The notes below the pieces were generated by a model. It did no database searches, was not told the DNA's origin, and saw nothing but the letters and a program-made list of their open reading frames with translations. From Pseudomonadota bacterium (lineage in GTDB: Bacteria; Desulfobacterota; Desulfobacteria; Desulfobacterales; RPRI01), in NCBI GenBank assembly GCA_043825875.1, contig JBDRRF010000067.1, positions 32,001 through 96,000 on the forward strand: 64,000 nt of DNA. The letters are read 5' to 3'. A program made the translations under genes and the position numbers. Of the stretch, positions 28,587 to 37,884 are shown in pieces (the first letter of the stretch is position 1; each line of letters starts with the position of its first letter).

Positions 28587-29528
28587 CTACCGGTCATTAT
28601 TCATTACTTTTTCTATTCTCCGCCTGCGTCTTTCCATATATTCAGGGTATAAATCGGCATAAAACTTTTTCCACCTTTTATGCAACCAAAGCCATTGATC
28701 CGGATATTCTTTTATTATCTTCTCAACAACATCATTCATTAACTGTGTGTTTGTTACCAAATCATCACGCAAGCTTTTTGTTCTTGTTATTTGGATCGGG
28801 GGTTCAAAAATTATTCCCAGTTTATTGTCTTTATCTCTGATACAAAAAGCTGGAATCACGGGACTTTTACACCTTAAAGCGACAACTGCCGCAGCTGGAG
28901 TTGCTGTTACTTTTTTACCGAAGAAATTAACTTCAACTCCCTCAGAAGCTGTGGTGCTCTGGTCTATAAGAATCGCCAGAATATTACCACTGCGCACGGT
29001 CCGGTTCATTTCAGGCAAAGCCCCTTCCTTATCTATTATTGAATTTCCAAACCGGGTTCTCATTTTTAATGCCAATTTATTGATAATCGCAGAATCTATC
29101 TTTCTTGCAACAGAGGTCACAGAATGGCCAAAATAACAGGGGATATACAAAGAGGCTGACTCCCAGTTACCTATGTGAGCAGAAACTACTACAACTCCAT
29201 TCCCACCATTAATCGCATTACGAAAATGCTCCTCACCTTTTATTATATGAATATTTGCAAGAATATGTCTTTTTTTAAAAAAAGACATATGTATGATTTC
29301 AATAATAGTAATCCCAAAATTTTGAAAAACTCTTTTAGAAACTTTTCTTATTTTTTCATTATCCCATTCAGGATATATAAACTTTAAATTACTCTTTGTT
29401 GTCCGCCTGTGAGATATATCCGTATAATATAAAACAGCTCCGAGTATTTTACCTAAAGTACATACTATGCCTTTCGCTATTTTTCCGGTAAAAGGCATTT
29501 TTTTATCTTTTATCATATCTTCTTTCAT
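28587..29528 (-). CDS. lpxL: Lipid A biosynthesis acyltransferase (LpxL/HtrB family)
   Basis: HIGNWE, LIDQ, FFG and PDQWLWLHKRWK motifs. Confidence 0.85.
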   Translation of the reverse strand: MKEDMIKDKKMPFTGKIAKGIVCTLGKILGAVLYYTDISHRRTTKSNLKFIYPEWDNEKIRKVSKRVFQNFGITIIEIIHMSFFKKRHILANIHIIKGEEHFRNAINGGNGVVVVSAHIGNWESASLYIPCYFGHSVTSVARKIDSAIINKLALKMRTRFGNSIIDKEGALPEMNRTVRSGNILAILIDQSTTASEGVEVNFFGKKVTATPAAAVVALRCKSPVIPAFCIRDKDNKLGIIFEPPIQITRTKSLRDDLVTNTQLMNDVVEKIIKEYPDQWLWLHKRWKKFYADLYPEYMERRRRRIEKVMNNDR

Positions 29529-29548
29529 TAAATATTTTCAATAATACG

Positions 29549-29690
29549 GAGCCACTTTAAACAATTCAGTTTGGTCAAGCTCAAGGCGGGAGAAAATTTC
29601 AACCACAGGAATACACCGAGTATTTCGAGGATTGAAATTTGAGCCCAACGCTTAAGATCGGCCAAAATGGGGCGTTTTGAAACTGGCTCT
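29549..29690 (-). mobile_element. MITE-like element, copy 2
   Basis: Reverse complement of 3740-3883 with few mismatches. Confidence 0.8.
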
Positions 29691-29919
29691 ACGGTATAGC
29701 TTAAATATCAGGTTTATAAAATCAAATTTATATGGATATTTCCAAAAGTTATAAATTATGATACACATCACTGATGTATATATTATAGTATTGATATACA
29801 ATCACGCACTTATTAATAATTTAAACAGAAAAACAGGCTGTTATCAACAATTATAGCTTAAATAAAAACTATACCGTAATTTATCAAGGATTTTTTTTAA
29901 GGACAACCAATTATAACGC

Positions 29920-31065
29920 ATGAAATTAGCTTTTTGTTTATTTAATTATTTTCCTTTCGGAGGTCTTGAACAAGACTTTCTTAAAATCAGCACAGAATGC
30001 CTTGATAGAGGGCATAGTATTGATATTTATACAATGAATTGGGAGGGAGAAAAACCGGACGGAACAACGGTTATTTCTGTCCCGTACCGGGGGAAAAGCA
30101 ACCACAGCCAGGTTGCCTCATATGCAGCTAATCTATTAAAACTAATTAAGCAAAAACATTATAATCTTGTAATAGGATTTAACAGGATTCCCGGACTTGA
30201 TATCTATTATGCTGCAGATGTTTGTTTTGCCGCACGAATAAAAAAACAACGCTCATTTTTATCCAGATACACACCCCGCTACCGCCTGTTTTCTGAGTTT
30301 GAAAAGGCTGTTTTTTCCAGGGACTCAAAAACCGAAATTATCATTCTTTCCGAAAAGGAAAAACTGATTTATCAATCCATATACAATACCGGGGAAAGTA
30401 GAATCCATATTGCACCTCCGGGTGTTGATAAAGATTATATTCGCTCATCTCTTGGCATTGAAACCCGAAATAATATCCGCAATAAGCTCGGACTTAATAA
30501 AAAAGATATATTTCTTTTAATGATAGGATCACATTTTCATACCAAGGGAGTAGACCGGTCAATCAAAGCTTTGGCCTCCCTGCCTTCTTTAATGCGGGAA
30601 TCAACTTATCTTTTTATTATAGGCAAGGGTAAAGAAAAGCCATACATCAAACTGGCGAAAAAACTGGGTGTTGAAAATAATGTTCGTTTTTTAGGTTCAA
30701 GAAGTGATATCCCTTTATTTCTGGAAGGAGCTGATTTTGTGCTACAGCCTTCACGCATTGAAAATACCGGCAATGTAATAGTTGAAGCCATTACCGCAGG
30801 AGTTCCGGTCATGGCAACGGATACTTGCGGTTATGCAATACATATTGAACGTGCAGATGCAGGCATAATACTGCCGTCTTCCCCGTTTAGCCAAAAAACA
30901 ATGAACAATATGCTAAAAGAAATGCTGACATCAGATAAAAAAGAAGCCTGGAAACACAATGCTTTGGCATATGCCGAAAAAACCGATCTTTATAATCGAG
31001 TCCGGATTGTAGCTGACCTGATTGAAGATATTGCAAAGAAAAAAATAGCGGCAAACAGTAAATGA
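29920..31065 (+). CDS. waaG: GT4 glycosyltransferase, WaaG/RfaG-like
   Basis: YFPFGGL, GLDIYYAAD, KGVDRSI and ENTG...EA motifs. Confidence 0.85.
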   Translation: MKLAFCLFNYFPFGGLEQDFLKISTECLDRGHSIDIYTMNWEGEKPDGTTVISVPYRGKSNHSQVASYAANLLKLIKQKHYNLVIGFNRIPGLDIYYAADVCFAARIKKQRSFLSRYTPRYRLFSEFEKAVFSRDSKTEIIILSEKEKLIYQSIYNTGESRIHIAPPGVDKDYIRSSLGIETRNNIRNKLGLNKKDIFLLMIGSHFHTKGVDRSIKALASLPSLMRESTYLFIIGKGKEKPYIKLAKKLGVENNVRFLGSRSDIPLFLEGADFVLQPSRIENTGNVIVEAITAGVPVMATDTCGYAIHIERADAGIILPSSPFSQKTMNNMLKEMLTSDKKEAWKHNALAYAEKTDLYNRVRIVADLIEDIAKKKIAANSK

Positions 31066-31991
31066 ATTTTAGCAATTACAATACTCCAATATCAATTATA
31101 GAAAAACCGGGAAATGACGACGAAAGGCTGATAATCAACCGAAACTATCAGGATGTTTTATCTGATATTGGTTTTACAAGTTTTGATGTAGCCTGGTCTG
31201 ATATGAACAGTGAATTAATTGAACAAAAAAAAGACAGAAGTATTCTCCGTCTACAATTTCCTCTTACAAAAGAATATAAAATAAATAACCATAACAATCT
31301 GACTAAAAACACTTATTTTTATATAAAAAAATTCCGGCAGAAATTAACTTTAGGGCAAAGAGTAAAAAGTATATTCATGAAAGCAAATTTTTTGCCTGAA
31401 GGATTAATAGAATTTAATAACTACTGTCTTTTTCGTAAAAACGATTTAGCTACAGCCTCCCCCATTGCTACCGGCTATAAATTTGACAACTCTTCTTATG
31501 TTGATTCTTTTTTTGTTACGCAGGACTTTGCACCATTTATCGAACTTGAAAATATTATCCTAAATCAACCAGAAACACTTCATGGTAAAGAAAATCATAT
31601 CAAAAAAAGAAATATTCTTCGTGAAATAGCCTTATATGCCAAAAGAATGCACGATTGCGGTATCAACCATAAAGACTTTAACGCAACACATATTCTTCTT
31701 CAAAACCAGGATACACCAAAGCCTTTGATTGCTCTTTTTGATCTGCAAAGAATAGATTTAAATCCGCTTAACCGCATGCGCTGGCCGATAAAAGCTTTTG
31801 CTGAATTAAACTATACCTTGCCGTCATCTATTTTTACTGAAGAAGACAGGCTCTTTCTCTACTTAACTTATAAAAACAAAAAACAGCTTTCCACGATCGA
31901 CAGATTACAATATTTATGTATAAAAAGAAAAACCGAAAAGATTGCAAGGCATAGCAAAAAGAAAAACCTTGCGCCTAAGGCAGGTAATTAG
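31062..31991 (+). CDS. LPS core kinase (Kdo/WaaP/InaA family)
   Basis: MHDCGINHKDFNATHIL and FDLQR motifs; follows waaG. Confidence 0.85.
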   Translation: MNFSNYNTPISIIEKPGNDDERLIINRNYQDVLSDIGFTSFDVAWSDMNSELIEQKKDRSILRLQFPLTKEYKINNHNNLTKNTYFYIKKFRQKLTLGQRVKSIFMKANFLPEGLIEFNNYCLFRKNDLATASPIATGYKFDNSSYVDSFFVTQDFAPFIELENIILNQPETLHGKENHIKKRNILREIALYAKRMHDCGINHKDFNATHILLQNQDTPKPLIALFDLQRIDLNPLNRMRWPIKAFAELNYTLPSSIFTEEDRLFLYLTYKNKKQLSTIDRLQYLCIKRKTEKIARHSKKKNLAPKAGN

Positions 31992-32031
31992 GATTTATAG
32001 CGTTTGTCAAAATAGTATTCCGAAAAACATA

Positions 32032-32358
32032 TTATCCGTCCAATAATCGTTGCTGTAAAAGCGACTGCATGTCACGGCGGCCATCTGCAATCATCAGAAC
32101 GTAGACATTCTTATCAATAATTCGGTATATGATACGGTAAGGTTTGAAAAATATTTCCCGATATTCGCGAATCCCCAATGAAAGAAGTTCTTCAGGATAG
32201 GTACCCCGTTCCGGTAATTCCGACAATTTGGAAAAGGTCTTCTCGATCTGTCCTAAAACGTATTCCGCTTTTCGAGGGGTATCGTGTTTAGCAATGAAAC
32301 CATAAAGTTCATCAAGATCACGCGCTGCATCATAAGTCAACAAAACCGTGTATGGCAT
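32032..32358 (-). CDS. RelE/ParE-family toxin
   Basis: AARDLDEL, PERG, YRIIYRI and DGRRD motifs. Confidence 0.9.
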   Translation of the reverse strand: MPYTVLLTYDAARDLDELYGFIAKHDTPRKAEYVLGQIEKTFSKLSELPERGTYPEELLSLGIREYREIFFKPYRIIYRIIDKNVYVLMIADGRRDMQSLLQQRLLDG

Positions 32359-32633
32359 TACGGAGCCTTCCGCTTATTGCGGATACGATTAATCACGTTC
32401 TCAACGGGTAACACCTTACCTTTCTCAATTTGATGCATACCAAGTGCAAGAATTTTAAGAAGAGCCATTGTTTGCTGGGTTTTTTCGTAGCTCTCGATAT
32501 TTTGTATGACTACCTTGGCTTCGCCATTTTGTGTGATAATCAATGGCTCCTGCTGCTTTTCAAGATTTCTTACAATTTCTGCTGCATGAGCCTTCAGGTA
32601 ACTGATAGGTTTAATTTGGTTAGATAGTTTCAT
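32358..32633 (-). CDS. Phd/YefM-family antitoxin
   Basis: IKPISYLKAHAAE and PLIITQNGEAKVV; 1-bp overlap with the toxin gene. Confidence 0.92.
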   Translation of the reverse strand: MKLSNQIKPISYLKAHAAEIVRNLEKQQEPLIITQNGEAKVVIQNIESYEKTQQTMALLKILALGMHQIEKGKVLPVENVINRIRNKRKAP

Positions 32634-32662
32634 GAGTATAATCCCTCCTGCTTTTCTAATAT

Positions 32663-32697
32663 GACTAAATTTAGTCCATAAACAGGTCGCATGTCAA
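32663..32697 (-). promoter_or_regulatory. sigma70 promoter with palindromic TA operator
   Basis: TTGACA (32692-32697, minus) and perfect palindrome GACTAAATTTAGTC (32663-32676) overlapping the -10. Confidence 0.65.
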
Positions 32698-32727
32698 GAT
32701 TAAATTTGAGTATTACCGATTGAAAGA

Positions 32728-32816
32728 ATGTAATGGCAAGCTAAGCAGGCTGCGCACTGTGCTTTCTATGAAAAGCCGAAAGTACTTCCCATCTGCTTAA
32801 GCGACAGGGGTTATGC
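32728..32816 (-). other. Degenerate integron attC-like site
   Basis: GCATAAC (contains the stop of the upstream gene) ... GCTTAAGCAG / CTGCTTAGC arms differing by one extra base ... ATTACAT in place of GTTRRRY. Confidence 0.45.
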
Positions 32817-33125
32817 CGTTGAAGTATCAACTTTCACTGCTTCTGCATGCAATTTTAAGCCAAGTGCACTTATAACCTTAAGGACTGTGTCGAAATTTGG
32901 AGTTCGGTCACCAGAAAGTGCTTTGTAAAGGCTTTCCCGGGACAGGCCAGCATCACGTGCCACTTGTGACATGCCCTTGGCTCGTGCGATATCGCCAAGA
33001 GCTTTTGCGATAAAAGCAGCATCACCATGCGCCTCTTCAAGGCAAGCCTCAAGATAAGCCGCCATTTCTTCCGGGGTTCGAAGATGTTCAGCGATATCGT
33101 ATCGTGTAGTGTTGGTTTTTACCAT
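32811..33125 (-). CDS. Addiction-module antidote, HI1420 family (HTH)
   Basis: MAAYLEA, ALGDIARAKGMSQVARDAGLSRESLYKALS. Confidence 0.92.
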   Translation of the reverse strand: MVKTNTTRYDIAEHLRTPEEMAAYLEACLEEAHGDAAFIAKALGDIARAKGMSQVARDAGLSRESLYKALSGDRTPNFDTVLKVISALGLKLHAEAVKVDTSTA

Positions 33126-33134
33126 AATCCACTC

Positions 33135-33310
33135 CTATAAATTTTGTGCAAGGCGAAGAGCGGTTTTGATATCCTTGGCTTGGGTACGCTTATCAGCACC
33201 AGGATTTCCGGTTGCCAATCTTTCTATTCGAACAAGGCTGCGGCCACGTGCACGTATATCACGCAACTCATCGATTTGGTAAAATATTCAGGTTTGCGTA
33301 TTTCGATTAT
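33135..33310 (-). pseudogene. HI1419-family (RelE-like) addiction-module killer pseudogene
   Basis: Reads IIEIRKPEYFTK / frameshift / DELRDIRARGRSLVRIERLATGNPG-ADKRTQAKDIKTALRLAQNL*. Start is ATA and the central part is deleted. Confidence 0.85.
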
Positions 33311-33777
33311 ACGCAGAATGTATCCTATAGGCTATACAATATCAATTTATATTATGCGGCGTGGGCATGAACGCCCAACATTGACCTGCCTATCTATCCG
33401 TATGAGAATATCTATCCCACCTGTAAGAAAATCGGACAGCCGGAAGGAGAAACTCACAAGGGCGCATGTAAGTTTATAAGTTTACTACGTTATATATTTC
33501 CTTCGCGTCCAACCCAACGAAAATAATCTTTGCGTGTTCAGGATCTTGACCTTGATAACCTTTAAAAAAATGGGGCTAATGTTAAATGCATATCATATGT
33601 TACCAAAGTATAGCCTCCAAAACATAATATTATTTTTCAGTATTAGGTATTTGTCATAAATGAGATTTCCAGATGGAAAGAGAGTAACGCAAGTTTTAGT
33701 GTGCTTGCCGGTGCGTCGGGTGAATGTCAGGAAAACCATAACGAATTCGACAGCTTGTTATATCTTATAATAAGCTT

Positions 33778-34062
33778 TTAAAATCTAGAATCATTTTCAC
33801 AAGGGATACCATCGTTATCACCATCCATTTTTGTATCAGGACAGTTCCGAATAAAGAACTCAGCCTCCGCACGAGACGTCATTTCACTGCAATATTGCCT
33901 ACCATCACATTTGAACGATTCATTGTGTGAATAGTGTTGATCGCTTTCTACTTCAGTGGTTTCATACTCTGCCGCCGTATCGGCATATTTTGGCTCAATA
34001 TATTTACCATAAATGGACCAGCCTATTGCGAGGGCGATAGCAAGAAATAGTAGTTTCTTCAT
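33778..34062 (-). CDS. Excalibur calcium-binding domain protein (membrane-anchored or secreted)
   Basis: FKCDGRQYCSEMTSRAEA...MDGDNDGIPCE. Confidence 0.9.
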   Translation of the reverse strand: MKKLLFLAIALAIGWSIYGKYIEPKYADTAAEYETTEVESDQHYSHNESFKCDGRQYCSEMTSRAEAEFFIRNCPDTKMDGDNDGIPCENDSRF

Positions 34063-34188
34063 AGATAAAAATTCTTCCTATATAAAGCGTTAACAATTAA
34101 TATAAGGAACATGCTTTTACTTGATACTGGAAAAATATGTATAATAATTCATTAAGTTGTAAAGGAATTTGTGGTTATTAAGTTCAAT

Positions 34189-34298
34189 TGAAATAATTTT
34201 TGATACCGTCATTTTTCCCAATCTTCAAGCATCTGATCTACATTCATACTTTTAAAGATACAGAAAATATTACAATTTGGGCATTACTTCTGTTTAAT
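34189..34298 (+). repeat. 110-bp direct repeat, copy A (degenerate copy of the small CxxC ORF)
   Basis: 4 mismatches versus 35093-35202; two of them create stops in the minus-strand frame. Confidence 0.9.
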
Positions 34299-34350
34299 TT
34301 TATTCCTCTAAAAAAAGTCGCATAGCTCGTTTTAAAGACTTTCCCATAAT

Positions 34351-35037
34351 TTAAAGACCGATGTTTTTAATTTTTTCATCCTTTATAATTTCGTACATAT
34401 CTTTACCAATTAGGACTGTTCTTTTTGATATGCAAAAAGAAGATGCGTTCCAGTATTCGTGAGATTCAAATGTATTGACATAAAAAGTCACTATAAAATA
34501 GTTATCTTTTTGATCGCTTTCCGGATTTTTAAGATTATTTACTATTCTTTTGGATAATTTATTAATTGCTTCTGTGTTTCGATTGTGAACATGTTTTTCA
34601 TATTCACCATATAAAAGCCCATTTTGTTGAAGTATTTGGTCGTTCCTATTCATGCAATAGGTAATTAATGCAGAATACTTTATCGCTTCAGCTTTGGACT
34701 TGGGGTATATCTCTAATTTAGTTAAAATATCCAGTATTTCTGAAGTATGGTATATGCTGCCGTCAGGCGCGCGAATAAATCGGTTTGGAGCTGGGATTGG
34801 GTCTTTTGCAAGGGTATGGTATACGCCGTATAATTTAAAATCGTTTATCCAGAATAATTTTGGAGGATCCAGAAGGACGATTCGCGGATCCATCTCTTTC
34901 TTGTTTTGCAAATTATCCTTAAGGAATTGTTTTTGATCCTTATAAAAATATTCACCTGCCCGGCAGTCCAGGATGTTGCTACTAATCGCCATAAGAATTA
35001 AAATTGCTGAGTAAATAGTTATTTTCATTATATTCAC
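34351..35037 (-). CDS. Hypothetical exported protein (228 aa)
   Basis: GTG start with AGGAG upstream; hydrophobic N-terminus; no motif recognised. Confidence 0.7.
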   Translation of the reverse strand: MNIMKITIYSAILILMAISSNILDCRAGEYFYKDQKQFLKDNLQNKKEMDPRIVLLDPPKLFWINDFKLYGVYHTLAKDPIPAPNRFIRAPDGSIYHTSEILDILTKLEIYPKSKAEAIKYSALITYCMNRNDQILQQNGLLYGEYEKHVHNRNTEAINKLSKRIVNNLKNPESDQKDNYFIVTFYVNTFESHEYWNASSFCISKRTVLIGKDMYEIIKDEKIKNIGL

Positions 35038-35058
35038 TCCTAATGCTATTCACAGATC

Positions 35059-35238
35059 CTAACCATAACAACGCTTATATTTTTCAATAAACTGAAATAA
35101 TTTTTGATACCGTCCTTTTGCCCAATCTTCAAGCATCTGATCTACATTCATACTTTTAAAGATACAGAAAATTTTACAATTTGGGCATTGCTTCTGTTTA
35201 ATCTCATCTAGTATAATTCTTTTTTGTAAATCATCCAC
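35059..35238 (-). CDS. Small hypothetical protein (59 aa) with CPNC motif, below the ORF-track cutoff
   Basis: GTG start, MDDLQKRIILDEIKQKQCPNCKIFCIFKSMNVDQMLEDWAKGRYQKLFQFIEKYKRCYG*; AGGGGG upstream. Confidence 0.45.
   Translation of the reverse strand: MDDLQKRIILDEIKQKQCPNCKIFCIFKSMNVDQMLEDWAKGRYQKLFQFIEKYKRCYG
35093..35202 (+). repeat. 110-bp direct repeat, copy B
   Basis: Matches 34189-34298. Confidence 0.9.
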
Positions 35239-35405
35239 AATAAATTCTTTGCACCCCCTAATTAATTTTTAAAACAGTGCTTTCTTTTCTGATTAGATTC
35301 TATAATTATCATGATTTTCGATAGAATTCTATAAGTATTATGATAATGTTCGATTAATTGGTTTTAGCAAGATAAAGATTGAGAAGATATATCTTCCGGC
35401 AGCTT

Positions 35406-35580
35406 TTAATCCTTGAAGAATTGCCATATGATCTCTTTGGTATTAAGATTTGCTGCTGTTTTCACGTATATTTTTTCCGGAAAAAAGCTTAAGCCTTCCC
35501 GGCCTGGTATGGCCACCTCCTTCAATTCTATTAAAAATACTTTTACTTCTTTGCTGCATTTTCAATAGATATAGCCATTT
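35406..35580 (-). pseudogene. C-terminal remnant of a PHB-depolymerase/LpqC-like esterase
   Basis: IEGGGHTRPG (family motif GGGHTWPG) in one frame and LNTKEIIWQFFKD* in another. Confidence 0.45.
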
Positions 35581-35756
35581 ATTAAATGACGGCCTGTAGT
35601 TTCTTCCGGGTATTTGAGAATTTAACATTAAATAACATAATTGTAATTATATATGGTTTATATTACATAATTGTTTTTATAATAAAGCGGTTTTGTGTGT
35701 TTTGTGATAATTTATTAAGTTATTATATCAATATGTTATCAATATTAATTTAAGTA

Positions 35757-35772
35757 TGGCACAGTGATTGCT
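35757..35772 (+). promoter_or_regulatory. sigma54 -24/-12 promoter of glnK-amtB
   Basis: TGGCACAGTGATTGCT. Confidence 0.85.
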
Positions 35773-35834
35773 CAGATATTAAGGCAATTGGTGCTATTGC
35801 CAAGTTCGCAATAAATGACGGGAGGGATATTTAA

Positions 35835-36173
<339 letters not shown>

Positions 36174-36228
36174 TTTATTTAAATATAACCATAAATATTA
36201 ACAAAATAATTTTAAACCTGGGGAGACA

Positions 36229-37548
36229 ATGAAAATGAAAAAGATGTTATTAATACTAATTTTTATAGCGTGCATTTCAACAGCTTTTGCAGCCGATCCT
36301 GAACCTACGGCTGTTAGCAATAAAGAAGCAATTGAACTGGTGCAGACACATGCTAATTATTTATGGACACTTGTTGCGGCTGCGCTTGTTTTTTTTATGC
36401 AGGCTGGATTTGCAATGGTTGAGGCCGGATTTACCCGCGCAAAAAATGCAATTAATATAATGATGAAAAATCTTATGGATTTTTCTTTAGGTTCTTTAGC
36501 ATATTGGGCTGTTGGGTTTGGCTTGATGTTCGGGGTTACAAATACAGGCTGGTTTGGAACCTCCGGGTTTTTCTTAAGCGATTTTACACCGGGCGGAGAC
36601 CCATGGGTTCTGGCCTTCTGGATGTTCCAGGTTGTGTTTGCGGCAACAGCAGCCACTATTGTGTCAGGCGCTATGGCCGAGCGTACCAAATTTTCGGGGT
36701 ATCTTATATACAGCGTTATTATTAGTGCTCTTGTTTATCCGATATTCGGCAGCTGGGCTTGGGGAAGTCTTTTTAATGGCAAAGGCTGGCTGGAGGGTTT
36801 AGGCTTTATAGATTTTGCAGGTTCAACTGTAGTACACTCAGTAGGTGGATGGTCAGCTCTTGCCGGTGCTATAGTATTGGGGCCACGCATCGGAAAATAC
36901 GGGAAAGACGGGAAAATTAAACCAATTCTGGGACATAATATTACACTTGCTGCTCTTGGAGTCTTTATTCTCTGGCTGGGATGGTTCGGTTTTAACCCTG
37001 GCTCAACTACTACAGCAGATAAAAGCATTGCAATGATTTTTGTTAATACAAACCTTGCGGCTGCTGCCGGATGTGCTGTTGCCATGTTTGTTTCATGGTT
37101 AAAGTTCGGAAAACCGGAAGTCGGTATGAGTTTAAACGGCGCTTTAGCGGGACTGGTTGCAATAACTGCAGGTTGCGCAAATGTAACTCCAACCAGCTCC
37201 ATTATTATCGGTGCTATAGCAGGGGTACTTGTTGTGTTTTCTGTTCTGTTTTTCGATAAGATAAAGATAGACGACCCTGTAGGAGCCATCTCCGTTCATG
37301 GCGTATGCGGTGCATGGGGAACTCTTGCTGCCGGAATATTTAATATGGAAGGAGCAACACTTGCAATCGTTGGAGTGCAGGCTTTAGGTATTGTATCCTG
37401 TTTTCTCTGGACATTTCCAACAACATTTTTACTGTTCAAACTTATCTCTAAAACTATTGGCTTAAGAGTTTCACCTGAAGAAGAACTTGAAGGACTAGAT
37501 CACGCAGAACATGGTGGTATGGCATATCCTGATTTCGTACAGCAGTAA
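36229..37548 (+). CDS. amtB: Ammonium transporter
   Basis: FFMQAGFAMVEAG, DFAGSTVVH, GWFGFNPGS and DDPVGAISVHG motifs. Confidence 0.97.
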   Translation: MKMKKMLLILIFIACISTAFAADPEPTAVSNKEAIELVQTHANYLWTLVAAALVFFMQAGFAMVEAGFTRAKNAINIMMKNLMDFSLGSLAYWAVGFGLMFGVTNTGWFGTSGFFLSDFTPGGDPWVLAFWMFQVVFAATAATIVSGAMAERTKFSGYLIYSVIISALVYPIFGSWAWGSLFNGKGWLEGLGFIDFAGSTVVHSVGGWSALAGAIVLGPRIGKYGKDGKIKPILGHNITLAALGVFILWLGWFGFNPGSTTTADKSIAMIFVNTNLAAAAGCAVAMFVSWLKFGKPEVGMSLNGALAGLVAITAGCANVTPTSSIIIGAIAGVLVVFSVLFFDKIKIDDPVGAISVHGVCGAWGTLAAGIFNMEGATLAIVGVQALGIVSCFLWTFPTTFLLFKLISKTIGLRVSPEEELEGLDHAEHGGMAYPDFVQQ

Positions 37549-37585
37549 CATATCATACTTTCCTGACTCCCCCTATACAGGAAAA

Positions 37586-37619
37586 AAAGAGCCAGGTTTG
37601 TTAAAGAGCCGGGCTCTTT
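37586..37619. terminator. Probable bidirectional intrinsic terminator
   Basis: AAAGAGCC...GGCTCTTT stem with flanking A/T runs between convergent genes. Confidence 0.6.
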
Positions 37620-37626
37620 AATTTTA

Positions 37627-37860
37627 TTAGCGTTTCTGCGGAGTATAATTAACAGTATTATACATATTAAGTTCTGCCACGCTTGCTTCTTCTACTTCCG
37701 TATAATACAATGCTCCGGCATCAATGCCGCTATTTTCTATAAACTCTGCAATAGGTTTTACTGCAGGCAACTTTTCAATATATGGGGCAATAATAAAAAT
37801 AAAAACCCATATAAGAAAAAAACACGTAAAAAGATACACCCACTTTTTGAGAAGTGACAT
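37627..37860 (-). CDS. Small hypothetical membrane protein
   Basis: One TM helix then GIDAGALYYTEVE; directly downstream of the YeiH-family gene. Confidence 0.7.
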   Translation of the reverse strand: MSLLKKWVYLFTCFFLIWVFIFIIAPYIEKLPAVKPIAEFIENSGIDAGALYYTEVEEASVAELNMYNTVNYTPQKR

Positions 37861-37884
37861 GAGATGTAAAAACCTATATTTTAT

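Noticed and set aside
28289..28840. 183-aa plus-strand ORF
   Set aside because: It is antisense to ald and lpxL and has no motif.
33144..33479. 111-aa plus-strand ORF
   Set aside because: It is the antisense shadow of the HI1419 toxin pseudogene and its promoter.
35443..35628. 61-aa ORF as an intact gene
   Set aside because: It is better explained as one frame of a frameshifted esterase remnant.
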